In this document: positions 48,794 to 59,233 of the stretch, one piece after another | How positions within the stretch are numbered: position 1 is the stretch's first letter | Layout: each line of letters begins with the position of its first letter | Virus record (IMG/VR): IMGVR_UViG_3300030380_006185 | Location: 92,274 to 156,273 of that record | Length of the DNA stretch: 64,000 nt | Strand: one strand, 5' to 3' | Source: a virus | The notes under the pieces: model-generated | What the model was told of the DNA's origin: nothing | Database searches by the model: none | The model's input: the letters and a program-made list of their open reading frames with translations, nothing else | Program-made: the position numbers and the translations under genes

Positions 48794-48828
48794 AAAAATA
48801 AAAGCTCCACGTATTAAGTAGAGCTTTT
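48794..48828 (-). terminator. Intrinsic terminator after the tail tube gene
   Basis: AAAGCTCTAC...GTGGAGCTTT-atttttc. Confidence 0.65.
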
Positions 48829-48849
48829 AAATATATTTTAAAATTAATT

Positions 48850-49338
48850 TTAGTAATTCAATATACAGTAATCTGGTTGTACTTCAAGAGTTATATTTAC
48901 AGCTGTTCCATCATCATCCCAGCTATAATCTCCAAAGTTAGCACTTGTAATCATAGCACCTTTAATAATCCATTCGTTTACAACATCACCAACTGGTCCT
49001 AAACCATTAAATGTGATATCTTTTTTATAGAAATCAGAATAACCATCTCTACCTGTTACTGATTCATGGTGTAGTCTTACCCATTCCATTACTGTTTGTG
49101 AACCTGCAGGTGTAATTGCTTCATACATTGTAAAAGTAATAGTGTTCCAAATTGTTTTACCTTTTACGTAACGTTGGACATTAATATGGTTAAGCGCTAC
49201 TGCTGTTTGACTTAAGTTAATAGCAGACATTCCTTTTACTAAAAACGAAGGCATTCCGTCCATGTATAAGATAAACCTGTTAGTCATTCTAGGTTCAAAT
49301 GCTGTATAAAAAATTTCGTTTGGATTTAAAATTGCCAT
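48850..49338 (-). CDS. Tail tube protein (gp19-like)
   Basis: FEPRMTNRF, KGKTIWNTITFT, EW, YKKD, LEVQPDYC; follows the sheath genes. Confidence 0.85.
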   Translation of the reverse strand: MAILNPNEIFYTAFEPRMTNRFILYMDGMPSFLVKGMSAINLSQTAVALNHINVQRYVKGKTIWNTITFTMYEAITPAGSQTVMEWVRLHHESVTGRDGYSDFYKKDITFNGLGPVGDVVNEWIIKGAMITSANFGDYSWDDDGTAVNITLEVQPDYCILNY

Positions 49339-49387
49339 TTTGTTATTTTATTTTTTGTTCTATTATAAATATCTAATTCTTTAATTT

Positions 49388-51082
49388 TTATGATGGGAAT
49401 TCTGCACCAGTAGGCATTAAAATAAAATCTACTGATATAAATTCTGCTGTTCTTGTAGGTTGAATATAAACCTGTCCGATTAATTGGTTTCTATCAATTA
49501 CATCAGGACCATTATTTGAATCATCCATTACTACTTTAAAGGCATATAAACCTTGTTTTTGTTGTACTGTTTCTAAATATGGGGTTACTCTAGCTAAGAA
49601 ACTATTTCTTGTTGTTGCTGTGTTTTGTTCAAATACTATAGTATCTGAGATTTGTCTAATGTAATTTTTTAATGAGATTAGTAAGCGTCTTACATTTACT
49701 CTATCTAATGCTGAAGCGTCTTTTTGTAGTGTTTTTTGTCCAAATACAACAACACCTTCTCTTGGTAATGTTGCTAATGGGTTAATATTTGCTTCATATA
49801 AACTATCTCTATTTCCTTGAGTTAATTTAAATTGAGTGCGTAATACACCAGATAAACCACCTCTATTAATACCTGCTGGAGCAAACCATGGGGCAGCTTT
49901 TTTATCGTTATTTGCATAAACACCTGGTATTAGTGTTGAAGCTGGTACCCATACATATCTTCCTGTTCCTGGATCTATAAGACTAACCCATGGGAAATAA
50001 GTTGCGGCATATGAAGTATCTCTACCTGATGCTTCTGAAATTGCAGTATTAATTCCTGAAGTGTGGTTTGTTGAATCGTATACTAGAATAGCATCTCCTC
50101 TTTCTTGTGTATTTGTAATTAAAGTTGATATTAAAGATGAATGTGATTCATCAGTTAATCCTGGAGCTGATATTACATTAAATTTATATGATTCAATATT
50201 GTTTAATAATGCTATAGCATTAGTATAGTTTGCAGCTACTAAACCTTGTGTTTGAGTTGAAACATCACCATAAAAATTAGCACCCGCACCTAAAGCACCA
50301 GTAGCAGCACCGAATGAACCACTTCCGATAACAGGAATAGATCCAGTAAATTCAGATTTCGCTATACCATTATTATCTAAATAGTTTGGTGTTAAATTTG
50401 AAATTGATTTTACCCTTACATAACGAGAAGCATTAGGGTAAGAACCTGAAATTTCTAATTGTTCTGTAGAGGGGTTATAGTTTAATTTTTGGTCTCCTAT
50501 TACTTTAGAAATGAATCTTTCAGAATAAGGGTCAAGACTAACATTATTCCAAACTTCAAGGTTAACTTTTTTATTTTCTTTATCATTTCCTTGTCTAACA
50601 ACTAAAGTAAAATTACCTGAAGAGGTATTGGCACTTGCAATTTCCCATCTTACATTATCTTTTGAACCAGAAGGTAAAATACCACCTGCTCCTTCAGTTG
50701 AAGTACTATTCATAATTTCTCCCTCAGAAATAGTTTCTAATATTAATGAATTAGTAGAATCTCCATTTTCAATAATAGAGGATGTTGCAGAAGTGTATGA
50801 ACCACTTACTACTCTAGTTACTAATAATGAATCTCCACCATTTTGGAAATAACTATATGCTGAAATTGAAGTAAAATATGAATAAACATTACTACCACTT
50901 TCTAATGTGTCACCAAAACGATTTACATAATCTGAATATGAAGTAACTAGTGTGGGTATTTCTACAGGACCTTTAACAGCAGGGCCTATAATTGCTGCAC
51001 CTGCTTGGACAGGTTGACCTACTAAAAAAGTATTGTCTATTTCATTTAATGTTACTCCAGGTGAAATTGAAAAATTTGCCAT
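49388..51082 (-). CDS. Tail sheath protein (copy 1)
   Basis: SPGV, WFAPAG.NRG, FGQKTL, DRVNVRRL, FEQN. Confidence 0.93.
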   Translation of the reverse strand: MANFSISPGVTLNEIDNTFLVGQPVQAGAAIIGPAVKGPVEIPTLVTSYSDYVNRFGDTLESGSNVYSYFTSISAYSYFQNGGDSLLVTRVVSGSYTSATSSIIENGDSTNSLILETISEGEIMNSTSTEGAGGILPSGSKDNVRWEIASANTSSGNFTLVVRQGNDKENKKVNLEVWNNVSLDPYSERFISKVIGDQKLNYNPSTEQLEISGSYPNASRYVRVKSISNLTPNYLDNNGIAKSEFTGSIPVIGSGSFGAATGALGAGANFYGDVSTQTQGLVAANYTNAIALLNNIESYKFNVISAPGLTDESHSSLISTLITNTQERGDAILVYDSTNHTSGINTAISEASGRDTSYAATYFPWVSLIDPGTGRYVWVPASTLIPGVYANNDKKAAPWFAPAGINRGGLSGVLRTQFKLTQGNRDSLYEANINPLATLPREGVVVFGQKTLQKDASALDRVNVRRLLISLKNYIRQISDTIVFEQNTATTRNSFLARVTPYLETVQQKQGLYAFKVVMDDSNNGPDVIDRNQLIGQVYIQPTRTAEFISVDFILMPTGAEFPS

Positions 51083-51130
51083 TTTCTATTTTTTATTATA
51101 AATATTAATTATCTTTTTAAAATACTATTA

Positions 51131-52855
51131 CTAAGCAGGAAAAGTTGCTCCTGTTGGTAATACATTAAAGTCTAGTACTATAAATTCAACTGATCTTGTT
51201 GGTTTTAAATATATTTGTCCAATTAATTGATTATTATCTATCACGTCAGGTGGATTATTTGATTCATCCATTATTACTCTATAATCAATTAAACCTTGTC
51301 TGTTTTGAACATCTGCTAAATAAGGGTTTACTTGAGATAAAAAGTTATTTCTAGTATTAACATCATTTTGTTCAAATACTAAAGTATCTGCTACTTGGGA
51401 AATAAAATCTTTTAATTCAATTAATAAACGTCTTACATTTACACGATCTAAAGCACTTCTTCTTTTTTGTAATGTTTTTTGTCCAAATACAACAACTCCA
51501 GTATTAGGAAAAGTTGAGATTGCATTTACTTTATTTTCATAAAGTGTATCTCTGTTTCCTTGGGTTAAATTTCTTTCTGCTCTAACTACTGTTGGAAGTA
51601 GTCCCCTTGTTTGTCCTGCAGGAGCAAACCATGGTTCAGCAATTCTATCATTAAACGCATATACTCCTGGTATCATTGTTGAAGCAGGAACCCAAATTTG
51701 AGTACCTAAATTAGGGTCAATAGTTTTAGTCCAAGGCCAATAAGTAGCAGCATACGAAGTATTATAATTCGCTGCATTTGTAGCTACTGGGGTTATATTT
51801 GATCCATATCCTGCAATATCAATTATAGCTATTGCATCTCCTCTTTCTTCAATTGCTGTAATTAGTTGAGTAGCTACAGGGGAATGGGTAGAGAAATTAG
51901 TTCCATCAGCTATTATACCAGGCATTGAAATCATATTATATCTAAATGCTTCTCTATTAGAAAGAAGTGAAATAGATTCTGTATAAGCAGAAGCAGGTAA
52001 ACCTTGTGTGTTACTATTATTTATATTTTCATAATAATTTCCTGATGATCCTGGAAGGTTAGTACCTGTAGCAGCTCCAAATGAACCACTTCCTAAAGAA
52101 GGTAAAGAACCTGTAAATTCAGGTTTTGCATCACCATCATTATCAAAATATTTTGGTGTTAATGTATTTACTTGTTTTACTCTAACATATCTAGATTGGT
52201 TTGGAAAGTCACCTTGAAGGTTAAGAAAATATTCTCCATTATCTTCTGAAACTGTTTGGGTTTGGTTTCCTATTACTTTTTCTACATAATTAGATGAATA
52301 TGGGTCTAGTGATAAATTACTCCATGTTTCTAATCTTGAAGGTGAAAGTGTTGTATCATCACCTCTTCTAATTACTAATTCAAATGTACCTTCATTTATA
52401 TTCCTATTTGTAATTTGCCATCTAATATTATCATCAGTACCATTTACTAATGAACCGTCAGCATTTTCTGATCCAGTGCTATTCATGATAATACCTTCTG
52501 TAAGTGTTTCTAACACAATAGATGCTGAAGTATTTGCATTTTCAATAATAGATGATGTTGCAGGAGTAAATGATCCACTTACTACACGTGTAACTAACAT
52601 TGAAGTACCACCATTCTGGAAGTAGTTATATATTGAAATAGAGGTAAAATATGAATATGTTTGACTACCACTTTCAAAAGTAGATCCAAACTTACTTTGA
52701 TAATCACTATATGTTGTACATATTGTTGGGATACCAACAGGTCCTTTAACTGTAGGTCCTATTATAGCGGCTCCTGCTTGGATTGGGGTTGATGTTATAA
52801 AAGATTGATCATTTTCAATTGCTAATACCCCGGGTGATACAATAGTTTCTGCCAT
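51131..52855 (-). CDS. Tail sheath protein (copy 2)
   Basis: Same motifs; full-length paralogue. Confidence 0.93.
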   Translation of the reverse strand: MAETIVSPGVLAIENDQSFITSTPIQAGAAIIGPTVKGPVGIPTICTTYSDYQSKFGSTFESGSQTYSYFTSISIYNYFQNGGTSMLVTRVVSGSFTPATSSIIENANTSASIVLETLTEGIIMNSTGSENADGSLVNGTDDNIRWQITNRNINEGTFELVIRRGDDTTLSPSRLETWSNLSLDPYSSNYVEKVIGNQTQTVSEDNGEYFLNLQGDFPNQSRYVRVKQVNTLTPKYFDNDGDAKPEFTGSLPSLGSGSFGAATGTNLPGSSGNYYENINNSNTQGLPASAYTESISLLSNREAFRYNMISMPGIIADGTNFSTHSPVATQLITAIEERGDAIAIIDIAGYGSNITPVATNAANYNTSYAATYWPWTKTIDPNLGTQIWVPASTMIPGVYAFNDRIAEPWFAPAGQTRGLLPTVVRAERNLTQGNRDTLYENKVNAISTFPNTGVVVFGQKTLQKRRSALDRVNVRRLLIELKDFISQVADTLVFEQNDVNTRNNFLSQVNPYLADVQNRQGLIDYRVIMDESNNPPDVIDNNQLIGQIYLKPTRSVEFIVLDFNVLPTGATFPA

Positions 52856-52902
52856 TTGTTAATAGATTATTTTGTTATAAATATATCATAGTTTAATTTA
52901 AA

Positions 52903-53175
52903 TTAATCTATTTTTTGGATCTCCCCCGAATCTGGTTTTATATTTATATCTCCATATTTATCAAACATGGATTTACTAAAATCTTTTTCACGTTGTGTTA
53001 AAGTTTGGAGAAAAATTTTACCTTTTTCTTTACGGTCTTCAAGTTGAAGTTTTGTAATTTCAATTTCACCTAACTCAACTATCAATGCTTGAGTTTGGGT
53101 TTGAATTTCTTTAAGTGTTTTTAATTCTTCTTCTGTTAAAAACTTTTTTTCTTCTTTATTTGTAACAATTGACAT
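52903..53175 (-). CDS. Small coiled-coil protein
   Basis: ORF track; ends KYGDINI..GEI. Confidence 0.55.
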   Translation of the reverse strand: MSIVTNKEEKKFLTEEELKTLKEIQTQTQALIVELGEIEITKLQLEDRKEKGKIFLQTLTQREKDFSKSMFDKYGDINIKPDSGEIQKID

Positions 53176-53186
53176 ATCTTTTATTT

Positions 53187-53921
53187 TTATAAATTAAATC
53201 TATATTTTAAAGCATTATAGTTTTGCAATACTTCTGTATCAGTTAGAATTTTATCATATAATTGTACGCAAGCTATACTACCACTCCAACTATTTTCAGC
53301 ATCTATACCACCAATTTTAACTTGATTATCTGTTACTTTAATACCACTAGAGTAATCTGTTGATTCAAATGCCGAACCATTTACAGATACTGATAGTTTT
53401 TGATTTATATTATCATGGCATCCAACTAAATAATACCAATTTCCCCTTTCAACACGTTCTGTAGAAACAAAAGATGTTTCAGTTGATCCATTATTAGATG
53501 CTTGAACACTAACACTACCTATTGAATTTGAAGAGGCTGAGATTTGTAATTTAAATACTTTATTATTTCCTGATGTGTCCCATTTAGAAATTATATCATT
53601 ATTTGTACCATAAGGAGCACCACCATCAAATAAAGTTCCTACATAAACCCAACAAGCGAATGATAAATCAGTATAAGTAGTAGAGTATGGGTTTTGAGCT
53701 TCTATTTTTCCAATAGAATTTAAAGAAAAAAATCCAAGATTATCAGTATTATAATTTACAGAACTACTTACACTACCTGTTAAGTTGTTTACTAAACTAT
53801 AAGTGGTAGAATCTGAAGTGTCTCCACTTCCAGAGATATATGATTTATGGTTAGCAGCATCTATATAAAATACTAAACCATCAGTAACTATTTGATTAAT
53901 ACCTCCTTGTACTTTGCTCAT
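53187..53921 (-). CDS. LamG/concanavalin A-like virion protein
   Basis: GLVFYIDAAN..SY, WYYL, YDKILT..EV.QNYNALK.RF. Confidence 0.75.
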   Translation of the reverse strand: MSKVQGGINQIVTDGLVFYIDAANHKSYISGSGDTSDSTTYSLVNNLTGSVSSSVNYNTDNLGFFSLNSIGKIEAQNPYSTTYTDLSFACWVYVGTLFDGGAPYGTNNDIISKWDTSGNNKVFKLQISASSNSIGSVSVQASNNGSTETSFVSTERVERGNWYYLVGCHDNINQKLSVSVNGSAFESTDYSSGIKVTDNQVKIGGIDAENSWSGSIACVQLYDKILTDTEVLQNYNALKYRFNL

Positions 53922-53974
53922 TTATCGTAAATTAGTTATTCTATTTATAAATATTTAAAAATTAGTTAATAAAA

Positions 53975-54670
53975 TTACAAACTAAATCTTGTCTTTAGTG
54001 CATTATAATTTTTTACAATCTCAGAAGGAGATAATATTCTATTATATATAGCACAATTAGATATGTAACCTTTCATAGAATAATTAGTAGTTGGAAAACT
54101 TGAACCTCCTAACCGATGAATAGAATCATTAAAAGAAATATTAGAATTTTCTAATAAAGTAGGAGATAAAACTGTATTGGTATAAATAGATCCTGTTCCT
54201 GTTGTATTGTTATAAGTAAAAACAGCATTGTTCCACTCATTAAAGGAAGAAGTAGAATTTATTAATGTAATGTCATCAGGAGTAGCAAAATCTACTGTTA
54301 TAGGTCTATTAGGAAGAGTATTATGTACTAATAATCTATTATCCCCATCTACTAAATTTCCTATTAAAGTACTATAAAGTGCTGACCCAACAGTTCCTGT
54401 TCCTGTTATTTTAAACCAAACAGAAATAGTAAAGTCTTCTACATTTTCTAAGGGAGGAATTTCAATGGTTGCATTAGCTCCTCCATCAAATGCCCAAGAT
54501 CCTGCAGCTTCACTTCCACTAAAGCTTACGCCGCTATAAATACTTCCTGTTTCATTATTAACAAGGTTATTACATATAGAACTACCACTAGTATAACAAC
54601 GAGGACTAGCAGAGTCTAAATAATATAATAAACCTTTTGATGAAATATTTGATCCTACTACTCCACTCAT
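53975..54670 (-). CDS. LamG/concanavalin A-like virion protein
   Basis: LLYYLDSA, FDG, FTISVW, YNRILS..EI..NYNALKTRF. Confidence 0.75.
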   Translation of the reverse strand: MSGVVGSNISSKGLLYYLDSASPRCYTSGSSICNNLVNNETGSIYSGVSFSGSEAAGSWAFDGGANATIEIPPLENVEDFTISVWFKITGTGTVGSALYSTLIGNLVDGDNRLLVHNTLPNRPITVDFATPDDITLINSTSSFNEWNNAVFTYNNTTGTGSIYTNTVLSPTLLENSNISFNDSIHRLGGSSFPTTNYSMKGYISNCAIYNRILSPSEIVKNYNALKTRFSL

Positions 54671-55440
54671 AATCCAAATCGGGTTTTAGTTGTATTATAA
54701 TTTCTTGCTACTTCATCGGATGATAAAGTTCTAGTATAAATTTGCACCATTGCTAACTCCCCTGAAAATCTATACGCCCCTGAAGATCCACCTTTTCCTA
54801 TATCTGGTTCATCTATAGCTGGATTTACTGAGCTGGTTCTGCTTTGAGAGATGGGGATAAGGGATGAGGTTACTTCAAGACCATTTATATAAAAAGTAGT
54901 AGTAGTTGTATTATCACCATTATTTTTACCTGTTACTGTAACATGATTAAATGGGTTTGGGTAACTAGATGTAGTAAAAAGTGAATATGTTGAGGATCTG
55001 GGAGAATGAAAAATACCATTAGTTATTACAACAATAATATTGTCATTTGTTATCCTAAACCATCCCCTCTGTGTTGAAGTTCCCATTGATCCTAAATAAA
55101 TAACAGCCCCCTGAATTCCAGTATACTCTCTGTTATGATTTACCCATGTAGAATAAGTAAAATTATCAGGCATATTTTTGATAGGGGAATTTGTTGCTTT
55201 CCAATAATCATCAGTCCCATCAAATTCAAAAATATTCCCATAAGATGAAGTTGCTATAGTAGCGCCCCCTTGTGAATCTAATCTTTTAAATATAGATGAT
55301 TCTGATCCTGAGGGTAGTTCAGGTCTTCCTAAGTTAAATATTTCAGTCCCACCAACACTACCACATTTTGGGTTTTGTGCATCAATGTAAAATACTAAAC
55401 TATTATCATTTACTATATTTGGTGAAAAACTAAAACTCAT
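54667..55440 (-). CDS. LamG/concanavalin A-like virion protein
   Basis: LVFYIDA, FDGTDDY, YTRTLS..EV..NYN..KTRFGL. Confidence 0.75.
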   Translation of the reverse strand: MSFSFSPNIVNDNSLVFYIDAQNPKCGSVGGTEIFNLGRPELPSGSESSIFKRLDSQGGATIATSSYGNIFEFDGTDDYWKATNSPIKNMPDNFTYSTWVNHNREYTGIQGAVIYLGSMGTSTQRGWFRITNDNIIVVITNGIFHSPRSSTYSLFTTSSYPNPFNHVTVTGKNNGDNTTTTTFYINGLEVTSSLIPISQSRTSSVNPAIDEPDIGKGGSSGAYRFSGELAMVQIYTRTLSSDEVARNYNTTKTRFGL

Positions 55441-55441
55441 T

Positions 55442-56305
55442 TTATATTGCTCTTACACTTGTTTTTATTACCCAATTATTTGAAGTAGCAGATCCTGTTA
55501 ACACAACATTTTCACCTGAAAATACAACCCCAAATCTAAATCCTAATGTATTTCCTATATCAGGAGAGGTGGTTTCTGATGATGTTATATTAGTTGTTCC
55601 AGGTATCCAAACAGAAGTTATTTTTCCTGATCTAGCATTTGAAGCAGATTTTGCTGTATATTCAAAGAATGCACTATTATATGAAGAAGTTGGAATACCA
55701 TCATATATTGTAGTATCCCCAGAATCAGCATTAACTGTAACTGAAGTGTGTAAAACAGGTGCAGCAAAATTTCCTATTGTAACTGTATCATCTGAAAATA
55801 CTTCTAAAATTGAAGTACCTGAAATGTCATTTACTGAAAATAGACTTCCTGAAAGTGAATCGGATATTGAAAACATTTCTCCTAATGAACCATTAACTAC
55901 AAGTATAGGGTTAGAGGAACCACTTCCTTCTACTGTTAATTGCTGATTTCCGGAACTTGAAACAGCAAATGAACCTGTTACATTTGAAGGTCCTATAACA
56001 GCTAAACTACCAGTTATTTCAGCTGATCCTGTAAATGGAAAACCTGCTCCACTGCCTCCACCAGCATTTTCAGCATATGAAGCTGTTACAGCATATGAAG
56101 AACTTAAGGAGTTCATAGCATATGAAGCTGTTAATTCGTTAACTATTGTTGGTTGACCAGTAATTGAACCTGTTACAGTTAGTGAACCTGATATTGTAAT
56201 ATCATAGTCATCAATCCCTGTAAAAGCATCTACAGATTGTGTAACATGAAATGCTTTAACTGTATTTCCTGTGGTTATTCCAGTTTTTGAGAGAGTCTTT
56301 GCCAT
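55442..56305 (-). CDS. Tail fibre-like Ser/Thr/Gly-rich structural protein
   Basis: ISGSL/ITGSL and TASYA repeats. Confidence 0.6.
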   Translation of the reverse strand: MAKTLSKTGITTGNTVKAFHVTQSVDAFTGIDDYDITISGSLTVTGSITGQPTIVNELTASYAMNSLSSSYAVTASYAENAGGGSGAGFPFTGSAEITGSLAVIGPSNVTGSFAVSSSGNQQLTVEGSGSSNPILVVNGSLGEMFSISDSLSGSLFSVNDISGTSILEVFSDDTVTIGNFAAPVLHTSVTVNADSGDTTIYDGIPTSSYNSAFFEYTAKSASNARSGKITSVWIPGTTNITSSETTSPDIGNTLGFRFGVVFSGENVVLTGSATSNNWVIKTSVRAI

Positions 56306-56334
56306 TTAAATATTTTATTATAAATATTGGTTTT

Positions 56335-56472
56335 TTATCTACCTTGACCTCTATAAGCTTTTTTATAATTTTTAGATTTTTTTAATTTAGAGGTGTTGTT
56401 TTTTGAATGAACACCAGGTCTTTTAATTTTTGAAACATCTTTTGAATTTGAAACTGAGGATAGTCTTGCCAT
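56335..56472 (-). CDS. 45-aa basic protein ending KKAYRGQGR
   Basis: MARLSSVSNSKDVSKIKRPGVHSKNNTSKLKKSKNYKKAYRGQGR*; not in ORF track. Confidence 0.65.
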   Translation of the reverse strand: MARLSSVSNSKDVSKIKRPGVHSKNNTSKLKKSKNYKKAYRGQGR

Positions 56473-56523
56473 TTTTTATTTTTGTTTTAATTTATGTATG
56501 AATATTTAATAATAAATATTAAA

Positions 56524-58101
56524 TTAGGCGGGAATAAATGGGATTGTTAGATCAACATAAGTAGACTCAGCGGCTGCAACTGCAGCATTATAAGCTGGGA
56601 TGTCTACAGTATTGTTTCCTTCATTAGTTATTGCCAAGAGGAAGTTATTTCCATCAAATTGTATATTCAACCAATTTGTAGTAAATGTATTTTCAGCATA
56701 TTGGCTACCAAAAGAACTAACATGACTATTAGAGAAAACATTAGTATCTGTAAAGTAGGTTTGAAGATATGTAACTAACTGTACACCTGTGCCAGTGAAT
56801 TCATCTCCTAAAGCTTCAGCTAGTAAATCATGGAAAGTATCCCAGTCATATCCTAGTCTTAAACCTTCATTTACAAAGCGCATTACTTCGTAAGCAAACC
56901 ACACATTTGTTACAGCATTGGCTAACCCATTTGCACTATTTACTCTATTAATTATTACATCAAAAATAGTATTAAATAATGTCATTCCAGTATCTATTTC
57001 CATCCATTGTAGTTCTTCTACAGATAAATGTGAAAAATCTAAAGGACCATCATAACCATAACCTAATTCATCTTCAGAAGTAGTTTCTGAATCTTCACTT
57101 TCTGGGGGAGATTCTAAAGGTAGACTTTCTGGGGGGCTTTCTAAATCTATATTTTCTGAGGGGGGTAAGGGTGGGTAAGGGCTAGGTGGTGATGATAAAA
57201 ATTCACTTCCTGCTCCTTCTACCTCTAATCCTATAATTACTTGAGATTTACTATTATATTTTTTAATAGATTTTAATTGTTTTTGTATATTATCTGGGAT
57301 AATATGTCCATGCATATTTAATGTAAATGTAGATTTTACTATTCTATCTTGTCCATCATTTAATTCTACTGTTGTTGTATATGAATCTATAGTAGCTTTA
57401 AATTTAAATCTTTCAGGATCACCCCAATATGAATCAGAAGCATAATTAATTGCTTCAACAATTTTATTTAGTTGGTCTATATAATAGGTTTGAATAGTAC
57501 AGCTATACTGTAGTTTTACATAATCTGGTATTATGTTAACTATAAATTGTTCAGTTGGTTTTCTATTATTTAAAGCATTAAAATTAGAATACGAATTTTT
57601 TGAATTATATGTTTTTTTAAATGTTGTAAATAAATTAGGAGTATTACCATCTAGTTTGTTGCCTACTGATCTATCTTTTTCAAATGAATCACGTTTAAAC
57701 ATAATGATAGGAGACATGATTCTACCTCTTTTATCTTTATAAAACCCATCTTTTTGAGCAGATTTCCATCTTTCAGGAGCACCGTAAATTATAGGTACTG
57801 CTATTCTTTTACCATTTTGAACAACAAATGGTTTTATTATATTTTGAAAATAATACATTATAGATTCATCTATATCTTGTAAACCTATTGTAAATGGTTT
57901 TGTTGTATCATTTTTAAATGAAAGTTGATTCGATCTATTATGATCTAAACCATTTTGTTCATTTGGTGTAAATTGAGTAAAATTACTAGGATTGTTTGGG
58001 TTACCTCTAGTGTCACCGTTTTCAGGGTTAACATAAGGGTTAACCAAATCATTTGAAATCTCTTTTTGAGATTTTGGGTTAGGTTTTCTGTTTTGAGGCA
58101 T
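56524..58101 (-). CDS. Tail terminator/neck-like protein (gp15-like) fused to an extra C-terminal domain
   Basis: LQDIDE, VPIIYGAPERW, PDYVKLQY; Pro/Ser/Glu linker then about 180-aa domain paralogous to 63273 gene. Confidence 0.55.
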   Translation of the reverse strand: MPQNRKPNPKSQKEISNDLVNPYVNPENGDTRGNPNNPSNFTQFTPNEQNGLDHNRSNQLSFKNDTTKPFTIGLQDIDESIMYYFQNIIKPFVVQNGKRIAVPIIYGAPERWKSAQKDGFYKDKRGRIMSPIIMFKRDSFEKDRSVGNKLDGNTPNLFTTFKKTYNSKNSYSNFNALNNRKPTEQFIVNIIPDYVKLQYSCTIQTYYIDQLNKIVEAINYASDSYWGDPERFKFKATIDSYTTTVELNDGQDRIVKSTFTLNMHGHIIPDNIQKQLKSIKKYNSKSQVIIGLEVEGAGSEFLSSPPSPYPPLPPSENIDLESPPESLPLESPPESEDSETTSEDELGYGYDGPLDFSHLSVEELQWMEIDTGMTLFNTIFDVIINRVNSANGLANAVTNVWFAYEVMRFVNEGLRLGYDWDTFHDLLAEALGDEFTGTGVQLVTYLQTYFTDTNVFSNSHVSSFGSQYAENTFTTNWLNIQFDGNNFLLAITNEGNNTVDIPAYNAAVAAAESTYVDLTIPFIPA

Positions 58102-58132
58102 ATCGATAATAAATATGAACTAATGGATAGAA

Positions 58133-58495
58133 CTATAATTTAGGTTCCCAATCTTTAGGTTTATTATTTAAACCTCTAAAAATTTCCTTTTCATAGTCTT
58201 CCATTTCCTCCCAAGTCTGTGGTTGGAACTTAAAATATATCCAAGTTACAGGTATAAAAGTCCAACAAGCAATAAAAGGAATAGCCCAATTTTCATTTTC
58301 TCCTAAATATAAAAGAAAAGATGTTATAAACGCAATTACCATAATATAAGTTATTGGGTGTAATTTAAACATAAAGAATTTTTTATTTTTTTCTGGGTGT
58401 ATAATGGGTCTATACAAATTAAATAGTACTCTTCTTATTTTTTTATATCCACTAGGGTGTTTTACTAATAGTCTTTCGATTCTTTCTTTTTCCAT
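58133..58495 (-). CDS. Small 2-TM membrane protein
   Basis: Two hydrophobic segments. Confidence 0.55.
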   Translation of the reverse strand: MEKERIERLLVKHPSGYKKIRRVLFNLYRPIIHPEKNKKFFMFKLHPITYIMVIAFITSFLLYLGENENWAIPFIACWTFIPVTWIYFKFQPQTWEEMEDYEKEIFRGLNNKPKDWEPKL

Positions 58496-58498
58496 TTC

Positions 58499-59233
58499 TT
58501 ATCTACCTTCTTTATCTAGAGTTATTTTTATATGTTCTATACCAGTAAATTCATTTACATCAGTTATCCAGCCACCTTCCCATTGACCGCTATAAACATG
58601 TTCAATATGATTATCATATAATAAATGGGAATCATGTACATGCATAACTTCATTTTTATATTCAGTAACATATTTTTTCCTATCTTCACCAAAAAAAGTA
58701 ACAAAATTGTTTTCTTTTAAATAATTTTCAATACCATCAGTAAATACTGAAGGTCCAGTTAAGGTGTGAACCATATGTTCGTATTTAAAATCATCACAAT
58801 TTTTAATTCTTTTAATAGACTCATCTATTACACTTTTTAATAAAGGACTACCTTTAGGTGCTCCAAACACCCATTGACACAAATTTACATCATGTGGGTA
58901 TTCTGGGGTTAAAATTAGATTTGTTTCTTTTTGGAATAATGAATCTAAATCATTACCTATAAATATAGTATCCATATCAGCATATATGCCTCCATAATGG
59001 TATATAACACAATATCTCCATAAATCAGCTTTCATTACTGAGACTGGGAGATTATGGTAGATTTCGTATATGTCAGGGAAGTTTTCTTTCATAAAATCAT
59101 CAGCTTTTTTATCACTAAAGAAATTATGGGTATAACCTTTTACATCCCAAGATTGGTAACAATCAAATAATCTATCATTATCCATAACATAAGCCATAGA
59201 TTTATGTGTTTGGTATATTGTTTTTGGTATCAT
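58499..59233 (-). CDS. GT32 / OCH1-like DXD glycosyltransferase
   Basis: IPKTIYQT, KADLWRY, GGIYADMD, TGP. Confidence 0.9.
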   Translation of the reverse strand: MIPKTIYQTHKSMAYVMDNDRLFDCYQSWDVKGYTHNFFSDKKADDFMKENFPDIYEIYHNLPVSVMKADLWRYCVIYHYGGIYADMDTIFIGNDLDSLFQKETNLILTPEYPHDVNLCQWVFGAPKGSPLLKSVIDESIKRIKNCDDFKYEHMVHTLTGPSVFTDGIENYLKENNFVTFFGEDRKKYVTEYKNEVMHVHDSHLLYDNHIEHVYSGQWEGGWITDVNEFTGIEHIKITLDKEGR

